DNA of 63,969 nt, the filler included, from an uncultured Methanosarcinales archaeon (GTDB lineage: Archaea; Nanobdellota; Nanobdellia; Woesearchaeales; CAZKBD01): assembly GCA_964550945.1 (NCBI GenBank). It is 3 parts of 3 records of this genome, joined end to end, with 100 filler letters (N's around TTAATTAATTAA, not from the genome) between each part and the next. Parts side by side here need not be neighbours in the genome. Positions count along the whole stretch, not along the records: positions 1 to 24,106 come from CAZKBD010000020.1; positions 24,207 to 47,425 come from CAZKBD010000021.1; 1 more part is not named here. The stretch is one strand, 5' to 3'. The position numbers and the translations under genes are program-made. The notes beneath the pieces are model-generated. The model was given only the letters and a program-made list of their open reading frames with translations. It was not told the origin of the DNA and searched no databases. Shown piece after piece: positions 18,808 through 29,230 of this stretch; position 1 is the stretch's first letter, and every line of letters starts with the position of its first letter.

Positions 18808-21236
18808 TAGCTTTCTCTTATGATTTTTGCTGCTGAGACCAATGTATCCTTTTCTGCTAATCTCATTATTCGCGAGCCTTGTGTCGCCCTGCCTATGACA
18901 GATATTTCTTTTGCTTCTGTCCTCAGGACTATCCCGTTTTTGCTTATAAATATAAGCTCATCATTTTCAGTGATTGGAATTATTGAAACCACTTTGCCGT
19001 TTCTCTCTGAGCAGAGTATATTCCTGACACCAATACCCCCCCTATTTGTTAATCTATACTCAGAAACAGTTGTTCCCTTTCCAAAACCATTCTCTGTTAT
19101 TGTAAGCAACGTCTTTTTATCGTCTGCTTTTACAGCTCCAATAACCTCATCATTATCTTTTAAGGTTATTCCTCGGACACCTGTAGCAGTCCTCCCCATT
19201 GACCTTACTGTCTGCTCTTCAAATCGGACAGCCATTCCGTTTTTTGTTGCAAGTATTATTTGCTGGCTGCCATCTGTTAGCTCTACACCAATCAATTCGT
19301 CTCCTTCTCTCAATTCACAAGCGATTATTCCTGTGCTCCTTGGATTTTGGAAGTGGATAAGATTTGTTTTCTTGATTACGCCTTTTTTGGTCACCATAAC
19401 CAAGAAATGAGAGTCATCAAATTGTTTAACTGGTATGTGGGCTGTGATTTTCTCATCCTTTTCTAATCTTAATAGGTTGATTATTGCCTTCCCCTGGGCA
19501 ATTCTTGAAGCTTCTGGAAGGTTATAAACCTTAAGCCAGTATACCGCGCCTTTGTTTGTAAAGAACAGTATATCTGAATGGGTATTGGCTATAAATATGT
19601 CCTCTACAAAGTCTTCTTCTTTTGTTTGTGTTGCTATTATGCCCTTCCCTCCTCTATGCTGCGATCTGTATGTGGCCATTGGCTGCCTTTTTATGTATCC
19701 TGAATGAGTTATTGTTATTACCATATCTTCTGGCTTTATTATGTCCTCCATTGAAAAGTCTGTCATCTCCATCTGGACAAGCTCTGTCTTTCTTGCATCG
19801 CCATATTTTTCTTTTAATTCCTGCAGCTCCTTTTTTATTATCTCAAATATTTTTTGTTGAGAAGCTAAGATTGATTTTAACTCTTCTATTAGCAATAAAA
19901 GCTTGTTCTGCTCCTCTTTTATCTTGCCCTGCTCTAAAGATGTTAAGCGTTGCAGCTTCATATCTAAAATAGCAAGAGCCTGCTCTTCTGTAAATGTGTA
20001 TTTTGAGATTAAGGATTTTTTTGCTTCTTCTGCCTCTTTGCTTTCCTTGATAAGTTTTATTATCGGATCAATATTGTTTAAAGCTATTATTATGCCTTCA
20101 AGTATATGCGATCTCTTTTGGGCTTTTGATAGGTCAAATTGCGTGCGCTTGGTCACAATATCTTTTCTGTGGTCAATATAGCACTGGATCAGCTGTTTTA
20201 AGGTTAAGACTCTTGGCTCGTTATTAACTAATGCGAGCATGATCACTCCAAATGTGACTTGTAATCTTGAATGCGCAAATAACTGGTTTAAGACTATTTG
20301 AGGGCTTGCATCCTGCTTAAGCTCAATCACTATTCTAAGGCCTTCTCTATCTGATTCATCCCTTAAATCCGAGATTCCTTTGATGTTTTTATCCCTGACA
20401 AGATCTGCTATCTGTTCCAATAGCTGGGATTTGTTCACCATATATGGGATTTCTGTCACTATTATGCGTCCTTTTTCTTGTTCGATAACCGTTTTTGCCC
20501 TTACAGAGATATGGCCGCGGCCAGTTGAGTACGTGTTTACTAATTCACTTCTGTTGCAGATTAGCGCTCCAGTTGGAAAATCCGGGCCTTTTATGTGCTG
20601 CATTAACTCCATTATGTTTATACCTGGATTGTTTATTTGCGCAATTATCCCATCTGACACCTCATTTAGATTATGAGGAGGGATGTTAGTTGCCATACCA
20701 ACCGCAATGCCGCTGCTCCCATTGACTAATAGATTTGGCAGCTTTGAAGGCAATACAGTTGGCTCTTGCAATGAAGCATCGAAGTTAGGTGTGAATTTGA
20801 CAGTTTCTTTGTCTATGTCTTGCAGCATTTCCTCTGAAAGTTGAGTAAGCCGAGCTTCAGTATACCTCATGCTGGCTGGTGGATCCCCGTCTATGCTGCC
20901 AAAATTTCCTTGCCCCTGTATTAAGAGGTATCTTAATGAGAAATACTGGGCCATCCTTACTAATGAATCATAGACAGCCATATCGCCATGTGGATGGTAT
21001 TTGCCTAATGTGTCTCCTACAATTCTCGCTGATTTCTTGAATGGCTTATTGTGGAACATGCCGTTCTCATTCATAGAGAAAAGGATTCTCCTGTGGACAG
21101 GTTTTAGGCCGTCTCTTGCATCCGGCAATGCCCTTCCAACAATAACAGACATAGCATAATTTAAGTAAGATGTTTTCATCTCGTCTTCTATTATTCTCAC
21201 TTTTATGTTTTCAGTTTTTTGATTAGTTTCTTCCAT
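18807..21236 (-). CDS. gyrA: DNA gyrase subunit A
   Basis: [28 protein letters not shown] (catalytic Tyr), GyrA-box QHRGGKG, beta-pinwheel repeats. Confidence 0.97.
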   Translation of the reverse strand: MEETNQKTENIKVRIIEDEMKTSYLNYAMSVIVGRALPDARDGLKPVHRRILFSMNENGMFHNKPFKKSARIVGDTLGKYHPHGDMAVYDSLVRMAQYFSLRYLLIQGQGNFGSIDGDPPASMRYTEARLTQLSEEMLQDIDKETVKFTPNFDASLQEPTVLPSKLPNLLVNGSSGIAVGMATNIPPHNLNEVSDGIIAQINNPGINIMELMQHIKGPDFPTGALICNRSELVNTYSTGRGHISVRAKTVIEQEKGRIIVTEIPYMVNKSQLLEQIADLVRDKNIKGISDLRDESDREGLRIVIELKQDASPQIVLNQLFAHSRLQVTFGVIMLALVNNEPRVLTLKQLIQCYIDHRKDIVTKRTQFDLSKAQKRSHILEGIIIALNNIDPIIKLIKESKEAEEAKKSLISKYTFTEEQALAILDMKLQRLTSLEQGKIKEEQNKLLLLIEELKSILASQQKIFEIIKKELQELKEKYGDARKTELVQMEMTDFSMEDIIKPEDMVITITHSGYIKRQPMATYRSQHRGGKGIIATQTKEEDFVEDIFIANTHSDILFFTNKGAVYWLKVYNLPEASRIAQGKAIINLLRLEKDEKITAHIPVKQFDDSHFLVMVTKKGVIKKTNLIHFQNPRSTGIIACELREGDELIGVELTDGSQQIILATKNGMAVRFEEQTVRSMGRTATGVRGITLKDNDEVIGAVKADDKKTLLTITENGFGKGTTVSEYRLTNRGGIGVRNILCSERNGKVVSIIPITENDELIFISKNGIVLRTEAKEISVIGRATQGSRIMRLAEKDTLVSAAKIIRES

Positions 21237-21393
21237 TTTGTTAGAATGCCCTATAACTTAAAAATGAGAGTTGATTTATATATGTTTTGGTTTTGAATTT
21301 TGCGTTTATAGGGCGTATAACCTAAGAATTTTGATGTTTCACAGAAATAATTTTAAAATGAGATAATACTTACATTGTAAGTAAAAACCCAAT

Positions 21394-21753
21394 TCAAGAA
21401 ATAGTTTCAATGTATTTTATAATCCCTTCAATTTGCCTTAATTTTGTTTTTTTAATCAGGAATTCTCTAAAAGAATTATCTATCCTGACTCCAAATCTTT
21501 GCAGATCAGAATATAATCTTCCGTAAAGTTTTTTTCCTTCCCTATCAAGGTCAGTTAGAATAATAACTTCCTTATTGTCTTCAGCTATGTGTTCAGTTAT
21601 GTGGAACAGCGGTTTTTTGCTTAAAGTTGCTATATTGGTTATACCTAACTTTTCAAGAGCTTTTTTGTCTTTATTTCCTTCAACGATTATTAATTTGTCA
21701 GATGATTTTAGTTTTTCTATTTGTTCTAATAATTCTTGTTTTGTTTGTTTCAT
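21394..21753 (-). CDS. Small Toprim domain protein (RNase M5-like)
   Basis: IIVEGNKD and ILTDLDREG. Confidence 0.88.
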   Translation of the reverse strand: MKQTKQELLEQIEKLKSSDKLIIVEGNKDKKALEKLGITNIATLSKKPLFHITEHIAEDNKEVIILTDLDREGKKLYGRLYSDLQRFGVRIDNSFREFLIKKTKLRQIEGIIKYIETIS

Positions 21754-21754
21754 T

Positions 21755-21988
21755 TGGTTTTTGAGTTTACGAAGTATTGTTCGCCTAGGATAGTAGCTGG
21801 TAATAGTTTATTATTGTTTATTATTAATAGTTATTTTTTGATTTTTATATAATGGTTAATAGTCCACCATTGATTTTAAGATTACTGATGCTTTTTTTAT
21901 GTTAAATTGTTTATTAATCTTTTGACTTTAAGTTATTATGGGTAATATAATCATTTTTTTATTATTGACTGAAAATCACATTTTCACA
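21755..21988. repeat. Dispersed ~230-bp non-coding element, copy A
   Basis: Collinear similarity to the reverse complement of 44868-45092. Confidence 0.75.
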
Positions 21989-22035
21989 ACCTTAAAAAAC
22001 AAATAATTAAATATATTTGTTGTTTTCCTGGCAGT

Positions 22036-23523
22036 ATGCTAAGTATAAGCACGATTCTAAGCCATTATAAGAGGAGCGATATTCAAAAGGCTATAATTGA
22101 TAATGCAAAATCCAGAGAGGTTGCAATTAAATTTGGGGATAAGGGTTTTGGAAAAAGGCCTGATGTCCTTAATTACCCTAAGGACATTTTAGAACTTGCT
22201 AAACAAGGCGCAACAAGTTTTCATGCTTCTGAGGAATTGTGGAAAAATCCCTTGCAATTAGATCCTGACATGAAAAAGGCAGAAATTGAAGAGCTAAGGC
22301 TTGGCTGGGACCTTATTCTGGATATTGACGCTAAGGAATGGAATATTTCAAAGATCACAGCCTGGCTTATAATTGAATCATTAAAGAAGCACGGCATTAA
22401 GTCAATCAACTGCAAATTCAGCGGCAATAAAGGATTTCATATCGCAGTCCCTTTTGAAAGCTTCCCGACAGAGATAAATGGCCAGGAAACAATAAACGGG
22501 TTTCCTGAGATGCCAAGAAACATCGCAAAATATCTTCTTGATTATATCAGCGCTAATTACATCAAGATAAAAGGTGACGATAAAATCACTTTTGGAGATA
22601 AGTTTGATGTCAGTTTTTCAAGGCTGAAGGAGATTACCGGCAAAGATGTTAATGAGTTGACTGACAAGATATGCTCTAGCTGCAATAAGATATTCAATGA
22701 CGGCAGAGAAACAATCGAATTTGTCTGCCCTAAATGCGAATCCTCTATTAAAGTAAATGAAAAATTCAAAAAATGCGAAAAATGCAAAGTTTTTATGCAG
22801 AAAATAGAGCACAGAAAAACAAAATGCAGCTGCGGCTCTGGCAATTTTTATAGGAGATTCAATCCTTTATCGATTATTGATGTGGATACCATCCTGATAA
22901 GCTCCAGGCATTTGTATAGGATGCCTTATTCATTGCATGAGAAATCTGGCTTAGTTTCTATTCCAATTGATCCTGAAAGAGTGCTAAAGTTCAGCAAGAA
23001 GATGGCTGAGCCAGGACTCGTAAAAGTCAGATTTTCATTTTTGGACAAAAGCAAAGCGATTAAAAATGAAGCAAAAGAGTTATTGGAGAGGGCTTTGAAG
23101 TTTGAAGAAAAAGAGAAAATGATGGAGCCAAAAGAAAAAAAATTTGAAGCGCCGACAGAAGCCATGCCAGAGCAGTTTTTCCCGCCGTGCATTACAAATA
23201 TACTTTTAGGCCTGGAAGATGGAAGAAAAAGAGCGTTATTTATCCTGACAAATTTTCTGACAAGCACTGGCTGGAACTATGAGATGATTGAAACCAGGCT
23301 TAAAGAGTGGAATAAAAAGAATAAAGAAGAGCTCAGAGAGGTGCTGGTAAAAGGCCAGGTAAGATACAACAAGCAAAGAAAAAAAATGATATTGCCGCCA
23401 AACTGCCAGAATAAGATGTATTATATCGACCTAGGCATATGCAAACCAGATAATTTGTGCAAAAGAGTTAAAAATCCTGTTAATTATTGTCTTGTTAAGG
23501 CTAGAGGGATGAAGAAAGGATAG
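22036..23523 (+). CDS. Fused archaeo-eukaryotic primase (PriS-PriL) with Zn-ribbon insertion
   Basis: WDLILDID, KFSGNKGFHI, RHLYRMPYSLH; PriL C-terminal FPPCI, GRKR, PPNC, CKPDNLC, KNPVNY. Confidence 0.92.
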   Translation: MLSISTILSHYKRSDIQKAIIDNAKSREVAIKFGDKGFGKRPDVLNYPKDILELAKQGATSFHASEELWKNPLQLDPDMKKAEIEELRLGWDLILDIDAKEWNISKITAWLIIESLKKHGIKSINCKFSGNKGFHIAVPFESFPTEINGQETINGFPEMPRNIAKYLLDYISANYIKIKGDDKITFGDKFDVSFSRLKEITGKDVNELTDKICSSCNKIFNDGRETIEFVCPKCESSIKVNEKFKKCEKCKVFMQKIEHRKTKCSCGSGNFYRRFNPLSIIDVDTILISSRHLYRMPYSLHEKSGLVSIPIDPERVLKFSKKMAEPGLVKVRFSFLDKSKAIKNEAKELLERALKFEEKEKMMEPKEKKFEAPTEAMPEQFFPPCITNILLGLEDGRKRALFILTNFLTSTGWNYEMIETRLKEWNKKNKEELREVLVKGQVRYNKQRKKMILPPNCQNKMYYIDLGICKPDNLCKRVKNPVNYCLVKARGMKKG

Positions 23524-23611
23524 GAGGTTATATGGAATACTACAACTAAGTATGCTTTAGTTATTATTTTAACAAAAGTTTAATAATCTCCAAAAGATTT
23601 ATTGTAATAAA

Positions 23612-24064
23612 ATGAAGATAAACGATATAATGCATAATATAATAAAAGTGCCGCCAGATATAGCTATAATGGAAGCTGCAAAACTAATGGACCAGAAAGG
23701 GATAGGCTCGCTTGTTGTTGAAGAAAGCGGAGAGATAGTAGGTATAATGACAGAACGAGACATTTTAAAAAAAGTTGTTGCTGCTGGCAGAAGATGTGAA
23801 GAGACTATAGTAAAGGACATCATGACTTCTCCCCTCATCACCATAGATCTGAATGATAGCATAGAAGAAGCAAGCGAGTTAATGGCTGTCCACCATATAA
23901 GAAGGTTAGTTGTTACTGAAAAAAGCGAGGTTGTGGGGATAATAACCTCAAGAGACCTAGTGGATACACTAAGGTACTCATTAAGCAAAAGTATTAAAGA
24001 TCTTGGCATTACAAATTACAGGCCTGATTATAGCAGAGATATAGCAAAGAACACCAATAATTGA
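23612..24064 (+). CDS. CBS domain pair protein
   Basis: IGSLVV..GIMTERD and IRRLVV..GIITSRD. Confidence 0.92.
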   Translation: MKINDIMHNIIKVPPDIAIMEAAKLMDQKGIGSLVVEESGEIVGIMTERDILKKVVAAGRRCEETIVKDIMTSPLITIDLNDSIEEASELMAVHHIRRLVVTEKSEVVGIITSRDLVDTLRYSLSKSIKDLGITNYRPDYSRDIAKNTNN

Positions 24065-24106
24065 GCAATGCATAGTGTGTTCTTTGCTATTACGAACGAG
24101 CATATA

Positions 24107-24206
24107 NNNNNNNNNNNNNNNNNNNNNNNNNNNNNNNNNNNNNNNNNNNNTTAATTAATTAANNNNNNNNNNNNNNNNNNNNNNNNNNNNNNNNNNNNNN
24201 NNNNNN
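24107..24206. other. Artificial contig-joining linker
   Basis: N44-TTAATTAATTAA-N44 (stop codons in all six frames). Confidence 0.95.
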
Positions 24207-24314
24207 CATATAGGCATAAATAGATACGCCTATTTAAATAAACTGTGAAAGTTTAGTTATGTTTTGATTAAAACAACCAAAATATATTTAAACTGGCTGA
24301 TTATCTGTTTTGAT

Positions 24315-24761
24315 ATGCAAATAATCATTGGCTCAGACCACGCAGGCTTTGAATTAAAAGAAGCAATTAAAAAATACCTGAACCATGACAAAATCCAGTT
24401 CAAGGATCTTGGAACAGATAGTACAGAAAGCTGCGACTATCCTAAAATTGGCTATGAAGTTGCAAAAAAAGTTGCTTCTGATTTGAAGAATAATAAGGGA
24501 ATCTTAATTTGCGGTACTGGTATCGGAATGTCCATTGTAGCCAATAAGGTTAAAGGCATAAGAGCAGCTCTTTGCTATAATGAAGAAACCGCGCAATTAT
24601 CCCGCCTCCATAATGATTCTAACCTACTGTGTTTAGGCTCTCGGCAAATAAGCACAAAACTAGCCTTAAAAATTACCAAGATATGGCTTGAAACAGAGCC
24701 TAGCAAAGAAGAGCGCCATACGAGAAGAGTAGGCCAAATTAGAAAAATAGACAAATGCTAA
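24315..24761 (+). CDS. rpiB: Ribose-5-phosphate isomerase B
   Basis: IGSDHAG, DYP, ICGTGIGMSIVANK, RLHND, RHTRR. Confidence 0.96.
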   Translation: MQIIIGSDHAGFELKEAIKKYLNHDKIQFKDLGTDSTESCDYPKIGYEVAKKVASDLKNNKGILICGTGIGMSIVANKVKGIRAALCYNEETAQLSRLHNDSNLLCLGSRQISTKLALKITKIWLETEPSKEERHTRRVGQIRKIDKC

Positions 24762-25321
24762 CTCTAACCTATATTTTATCATCAATTGCGTGTTTCCTAG
24801 GCCTTATCTTTGGGATGATCCTCATCTTTATAGCTCCAGAAGAGCAGAAGCCAGGGAAAAAATATTTTATCTTGTTAGAAAATATTTTCTTAATCTTAAT
24901 GACCCTTTTTTTATTGATCTATTTTTATTATTATAAGCTGTTTAGTGTAGTTTATGTTTTGTTATGGTTGTTTTTTATAATGTTGCTTATCTTTTCATTG
25001 ATGGATTTGCTGAACAGCATATCCCCATTTTTCAATAAAAGATTAAACATTAATAAGGAAAGCAAACTTATAGGATTAAAACGTAGAATTAAAAACCATT
25101 ATTCAATCTACTCAATCTTAGCGCTCATTTTCTATTTAAGCTACCAAAACAAAAACCTTTTTTTTATTGAGTCAACTCTTATCTTCTTATACGGGCTTCC
25201 AATTGGCTCATTACTAGCTGAGCATAAGGACAAAAAACAAAACATAATAACAGTCCTAAAGCATATGCACTTTCTGATCATAGCATTGCTTTTAGGGTAT
25301 CTACCATCTATCTTTGCTTAA
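24755..25321 (+). CDS. Multi-pass membrane protein, unknown function
   Basis: About six TM segments; overlaps rpiB stop. Confidence 0.7.
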   Translation: MLTLTYILSSIACFLGLIFGMILIFIAPEEQKPGKKYFILLENIFLILMTLFLLIYFYYYKLFSVVYVLLWLFFIMLLIFSLMDLLNSISPFFNKRLNINKESKLIGLKRRIKNHYSIYSILALIFYLSYQNKNLFFIESTLIFLYGLPIGSLLAEHKDKKQNIITVLKHMHFLIIALLLGYLPSIFA

Positions 25322-25870
25322 CTTTAACTTATAAGCTATAGTCCTATTCGTGATATGTATCAAGAAACTTACTATCAACACAGTTACAAACATGATTAGA
25401 GTTGGTCTAAATAAAGGCAAAATAAACACAAAGCCCCCAATAACAGAATCAATCTGGTCCCAGGGCATAAATGGCTTTCCAGGATCTATGCCAATCTGTC
25501 TTTTAAAAAAACTCTTAACCAAATCACCAAACAAAGCGCCAAACCCCATCAGGAATCCAAACAACAAGATGTCTATTCCATAATAATCCACAAAACTCAA
25601 ATTATGGAAAGATCTGGATTGGTATAAAAATTTCTGCAGATAAGCAAATATTATGCAGACCAATACTCCAGATACAAAGCCGCGATAAGTTTTATTCTTT
25701 CCAAACAAAGGTTTTCCCTTAAATGTTTTGCCAAAATCAACAGGTATAGCTAACCATTTGAAATGATCTTTGACAAAAATGGGGGTCATTACTGCAAAAG
25801 CTCCTGGCACTATAAAGTAAATGCACTTTAAAATGTAAAACAAAACTTCTTCTATCACCTTCTCCACCAT
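25301..25870 (-). CDS. carS: CDP-archaeol synthase family (CarS) cytidylyltransferase
   Basis: PVDFGK, GKNKTYRG, GALFGDLVKSFFKRQIG, DQID, KDRW C-terminus. Confidence 0.9.
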   Translation of the reverse strand: MVEKVIEEVLFYILKCIYFIVPGAFAVMTPIFVKDHFKWLAIPVDFGKTFKGKPLFGKNKTYRGFVSGVLVCIIFAYLQKFLYQSRSFHNLSFVDYYGIDILLFGFLMGFGALFGDLVKSFFKRQIGIDPGKPFMPWDQIDSVIGGFVFILPLFRPTLIMFVTVLIVSFLIHITNRTIAYKLKLSKDRW

Positions 25871-26910
25871 CTCCTCACTTTTATAGCCGCTTTTGGGCAG
25901 TATTCATGGCAGCAATAGCATCTGATGCACTTTTTATAGTCAAATTCTGGATAAGGATCCATTTTAATCGCTCCGGCCGGGCAAATATTAAAGCACGCTC
26001 TGCATTTTATGCATCTCTTTGTTATTAATATAGGTTTCGGAATAAATATGTTCTTTGCTAGCACACTTCCGTAATAAGCAAGCTTATTGGATTTAGAAGG
26101 AGCTTCAAATTTAGTCCTGAACTCATCAAGATCCCCAATAACCTCAATATCGCTAACTAACTTCCTTCTTTTTGCGATATCCACTAAAGGCACTTTTAAT
26201 CCAGTAATCTGGGCAGCAATAACATCCATCGCAATATGGTCATTAGATGCCATTATCAGATTAACCTTTTTTACAGTTCCTGAAGATGGCCCTTGGCCTT
26301 CCATCGCTTCAACAGCATCACAGATGTTCAGGCATGGCTTTATCAGTATTCCCAGATCAATCAGCATCTCCGTGAATTTATATGGATTAGTTATCCTTAA
26401 ATGGCACTTTGGCTTATCCATCCCAGGAATAAAGCCGAATAAGTTCTTAGTAGCGTTAGTCATTATTGTCAAAGAATGAGTTTTCAGCTTGGGTATATTG
26501 ACAATCTTATCATACTTTAACACTTCTTCGCATATTATAAAGCTTTTTATATTTCCCTTATCATTCTTTACTCTGACACCTTTGCCTAAATCACTCAGCC
26601 TAACCTTATGCTTCTTGCACACCTCTAGTATTCCGGCCTTTTTTGCAATCCTCTCAACACTTCCCATTGCAGGGCTATCCCCTACAGTAATCTTATCAGT
26701 CTGTTTTTTTACAAGTTTGATGACAGCATCAACCACAGCAGGATTTGTTGTAACCGCTTCTTCTGCCGTTCTAAGCTGTAGCAGATTTACTTTTATTAGT
26801 ACCTTTTCATCCTTTTTTATATACTCTTTAATATCTCCGACAGCTTCAGCCACAGCGCTATCAGCATCTCGATAATTTTCGCATCTTACCAGTTTAACTT
26901 TTGTGCTCAT
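25855..26910 (-). CDS. DUF362 protein with C-terminal 2[4Fe-4S] ferredoxin
   Basis: VLIKVN, TTNP, PKLKTH, KNLFG, MEGQGPSSG; two CxxCxxCxxxCP motifs. Confidence 0.88.
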   Translation of the reverse strand: MSTKVKLVRCENYRDADSAVAEAVGDIKEYIKKDEKVLIKVNLLQLRTAEEAVTTNPAVVDAVIKLVKKQTDKITVGDSPAMGSVERIAKKAGILEVCKKHKVRLSDLGKGVRVKNDKGNIKSFIICEEVLKYDKIVNIPKLKTHSLTIMTNATKNLFGFIPGMDKPKCHLRITNPYKFTEMLIDLGILIKPCLNICDAVEAMEGQGPSSGTVKKVNLIMASNDHIAMDVIAAQITGLKVPLVDIAKRRKLVSDIEVIGDLDEFRTKFEAPSKSNKLAYYGSVLAKNIFIPKPILITKRCIKCRACFNICPAGAIKMDPYPEFDYKKCIRCYCCHEYCPKAAIKVRRWWRR

Positions 26911-27533
26911 ATTCTTTTCTTGGCGCAACTCAATAATAATCCTAGGGGATTTGTCAATGAAGCGCCTTCAACTTTTGTAGCTTTTTTTTGGATGGCTTTT
27001 CTCAGATTGCCTTCAAAAATTGTAGCAGCCCTGCCAACCTCAAACCCAAAATGCGCATCAGAGCCAGCTGTTTTTGCGAGTTTCAACTCATTCGCAATAT
27101 TATTTGCCTTGTTGTTCTCCCAATAAAATGTTCTGGCGTTTACACATTCAATGGCATTGATCCTATCTGAAATATCTTTGATTGGATAATTGAACCTACT
27201 AATCTTAAATGGCCTGAAAGGATGGGCTATTGATACGATTGCATCCTGCTCTTTTGCCTTGTCTAAAACAGTAAAGAGCTCTTTTGAATTTATCTCTTCT
27301 TCAAGATAATAAATTAAAACATCGCCATAATCTGTTCTGATCTCACTTGCTAGGATCACCTCAAAATCATCGTCTTTATTCAATTTCCTGGCTTCTTTTG
27401 CCCCAATCATTGTGTTGTGGTCAGTTACAGCAATGCCATCAAGGCCTTTTTTCCTGGCTATCTTTAACAATATCTCAGGTTTTAATGCGCTGCACTTTGA
27501 ATATTTTGTATGGGTATGCAAATCATATCTCAT
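26907..27533 (-). CDS. PHP-domain metallophosphoesterase
   Basis: DLHTHT, TDHN, AHP, GSDAH. Confidence 0.92.
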   Translation of the reverse strand: MRYDLHTHTKYSKCSALKPEILLKIARKKGLDGIAVTDHNTMIGAKEARKLNKDDDFEVILASEIRTDYGDVLIYYLEEEINSKELFTVLDKAKEQDAIVSIAHPFRPFKISRFNYPIKDISDRINAIECVNARTFYWENNKANNIANELKLAKTAGSDAHFGFEVGRAATIFEGNLRKAIQKKATKVEGASLTNPLGLLLSCAKKRI

Positions 27534-28143
27534 TTCTAAGCCTCGCTATCTCATTCATTAGCTTGTCAACAGAGTTTCTTAATCGTTTCTTATCATATAT
27601 TTGTGTATAATCTAAATATATTGGTTTTCCTATATTAACTTTAATCAATTTTTTATATTTTCTGGGAATCCATTTTTCCATCGGAAGGATTTGATAGGTA
27701 TTTTTTAATCCTACTGGCAGGATAGGCGCTTTTGCAGCCAATGCAATTCTAATGACTCCTGTTTTTCCCTCTATCAGTTTTGCATCTTTCTTTGGGCCTT
27801 CTGGAAATATACCCACAATGCTCCCTTCTTTTAATTTATCAATTGCTTCTTTTATAGCAAACTCTTTCCTCTCATCAAAATAAACCGGAATGCCCCCAAG
27901 CCAATATTGCCAGATAACCTTCCTAAAACTGCTTCTAAACAGTTTTGCCAATGCCAGGTAATGCACTTTTTTATTTGCAGTTCTCCACATAATGACCATC
28001 ATTAAAATGGGATCAATGTAACTTTCATGATTAGACGCAATAATAAAAGCCTCATCTTTAGGGATATTTTCTATGCCTTTAATCTTTTTCACAAATGGAT
28101 TTAATAACAAATAAATTGCTCTTTTTGTTATCGGATAAACCAT
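27523..28143 (-). CDS. plsC: Lysophospholipid acyltransferase (PlsC family)
   Basis: NHESYID (HX4D), IFPEG, KTGVIRIAL, PILPV. Confidence 0.9.
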   Translation of the reverse strand: MVYPITKRAIYLLLNPFVKKIKGIENIPKDEAFIIASNHESYIDPILMMVIMWRTANKKVHYLALAKLFRSSFRKVIWQYWLGGIPVYFDERKEFAIKEAIDKLKEGSIVGIFPEGPKKDAKLIEGKTGVIRIALAAKAPILPVGLKNTYQILPMEKWIPRKYKKLIKVNIGKPIYLDYTQIYDKKRLRNSVDKLMNEIARLRNEI

Positions 28144-28144
28144 T

Positions 28145-29230
28145 TTACAATTCTTCCATGATTTTTACAATTTTATAAGCAGCGTCAGGTTTTGCAAAAT
28201 TTTTCAGTTTTTCTTTGAATGGCTCTAATTTAGATGGCTTGTCTAACACTTCCTTGATAGTTCTTACAAACTCCTTGTCATCCTTGGGCATCATAACCTT
28301 ATCTTTTAAAAATGTTGCATTCTCCCATTCAGAGCCAGCAACGCCTTTTACTAAAACCATTGGCAAATTTTTCGCAGCAGCCTCGCATATTGTGGAGCCA
28401 GATGGTTTAGTTACCAGCAAATCAGACATTTGCATATATTCATCAATATTATCTACATATCCAAGAATCTTAATCTTTTTTGTGAAATTTGATTTTTTAA
28501 GCTCGTTCATCAATTTTTTATTCAAGCCCGTAACAACAATCATCTGGAATTCATTCTCAATAGTATCTAACGATTTTACAACATCCTTAATAGGCCCAAA
28601 TCCGAACCCACCGCCCATTATTAATACTGTGTTTATATCTTCTAAGCCAAACTTCTTTCTTAGCAATAACTTATTTTTTTTGTTGGAAAATTGAGGGCCT
28701 ATTGGCAATCCAGTTACATCTATCCTATCCTTAGGGATTCCCCGCTTTATTAAGAAACTCTTAGATTCTTCTGTAGCAACTGCAAACATGTCAACATTTT
28801 TGTGGACCCAATACCTATGCACCACCATATCAGTCGGAACTGCAACTAATCTTATATCGCTGCTTTTTCTTAAAATTGAACTCATACCACAAGGAAAAGC
28901 ATGGGTGCAAACAATAATATCTGGCTTAAAAGATTCGATAGTTCCAATAAATTTACCTAAATTAATTTTTTGAAAAAAACTTACAAATACTTTAGAAACT
29001 TGGTATATCACTTCGTTATCGTACAGTAAGTCATATACCTTAGGGACATATTTGTTTGTTTTTAAGTACAAACTCTCGATTAATTTTTTTACTTTTGGGA
29101 ATTTTTGTTCAGAAGGGTCTATGCAAAGGGTATTCCAGTCAGGATGTTTGATTTTTATTGCATTCTCAATAGCTTCTGCAACTCTCTTATGCCCTGTGCC
29201 AATTGATACATACAAAAATAAGATATTCAT
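28145..29230 (-). CDS. Diacylglycerol glycosyltransferase (MGDG synthase/UgtP-like, GT28)
   Basis: GTGHKRVA, VCTHAF, PTD..VHRYW, TGLPI, MGGGFG, TKPSG.T..EA. Confidence 0.88.
   Translation of the reverse strand: MNILFLYVSIGTGHKRVAEAIENAIKIKHPDWNTLCIDPSEQKFPKVKKLIESLYLKTNKYVPKVYDLLYDNEVIYQVSKVFVSFFQKINLGKFIGTIESFKPDIIVCTHAFPCGMSSILRKSSDIRLVAVPTDMVVHRYWVHKNVDMFAVATEESKSFLIKRGIPKDRIDVTGLPIGPQFSNKKNKLLLRKKFGLEDINTVLIMGGGFGFGPIKDVVKSLDTIENEFQMIVVTGLNKKLMNELKKSNFTKKIKILGYVDNIDEYMQMSDLLVTKPSGSTICEAAAKNLPMVLVKGVAGSEWENATFLKDKVMMPKDDKEFVRTIKEVLDKPSKLEPFKEKLKNFAKPDAAYKIVKIMEEL

Noticed and set aside
21768..21780. TACGAAGT resemblance to a loxP half-site
   Set aside because: No inverted second half-site and no recombinase in the window; too short to support the call.
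24107..24206. TTAATTAATTAA palindrome within N runs (also 47426-47525)
   Set aside because: Artificial six-frame-stop linker joining contigs. It is not biological, and it invalidates synteny or orientation arguments across it.
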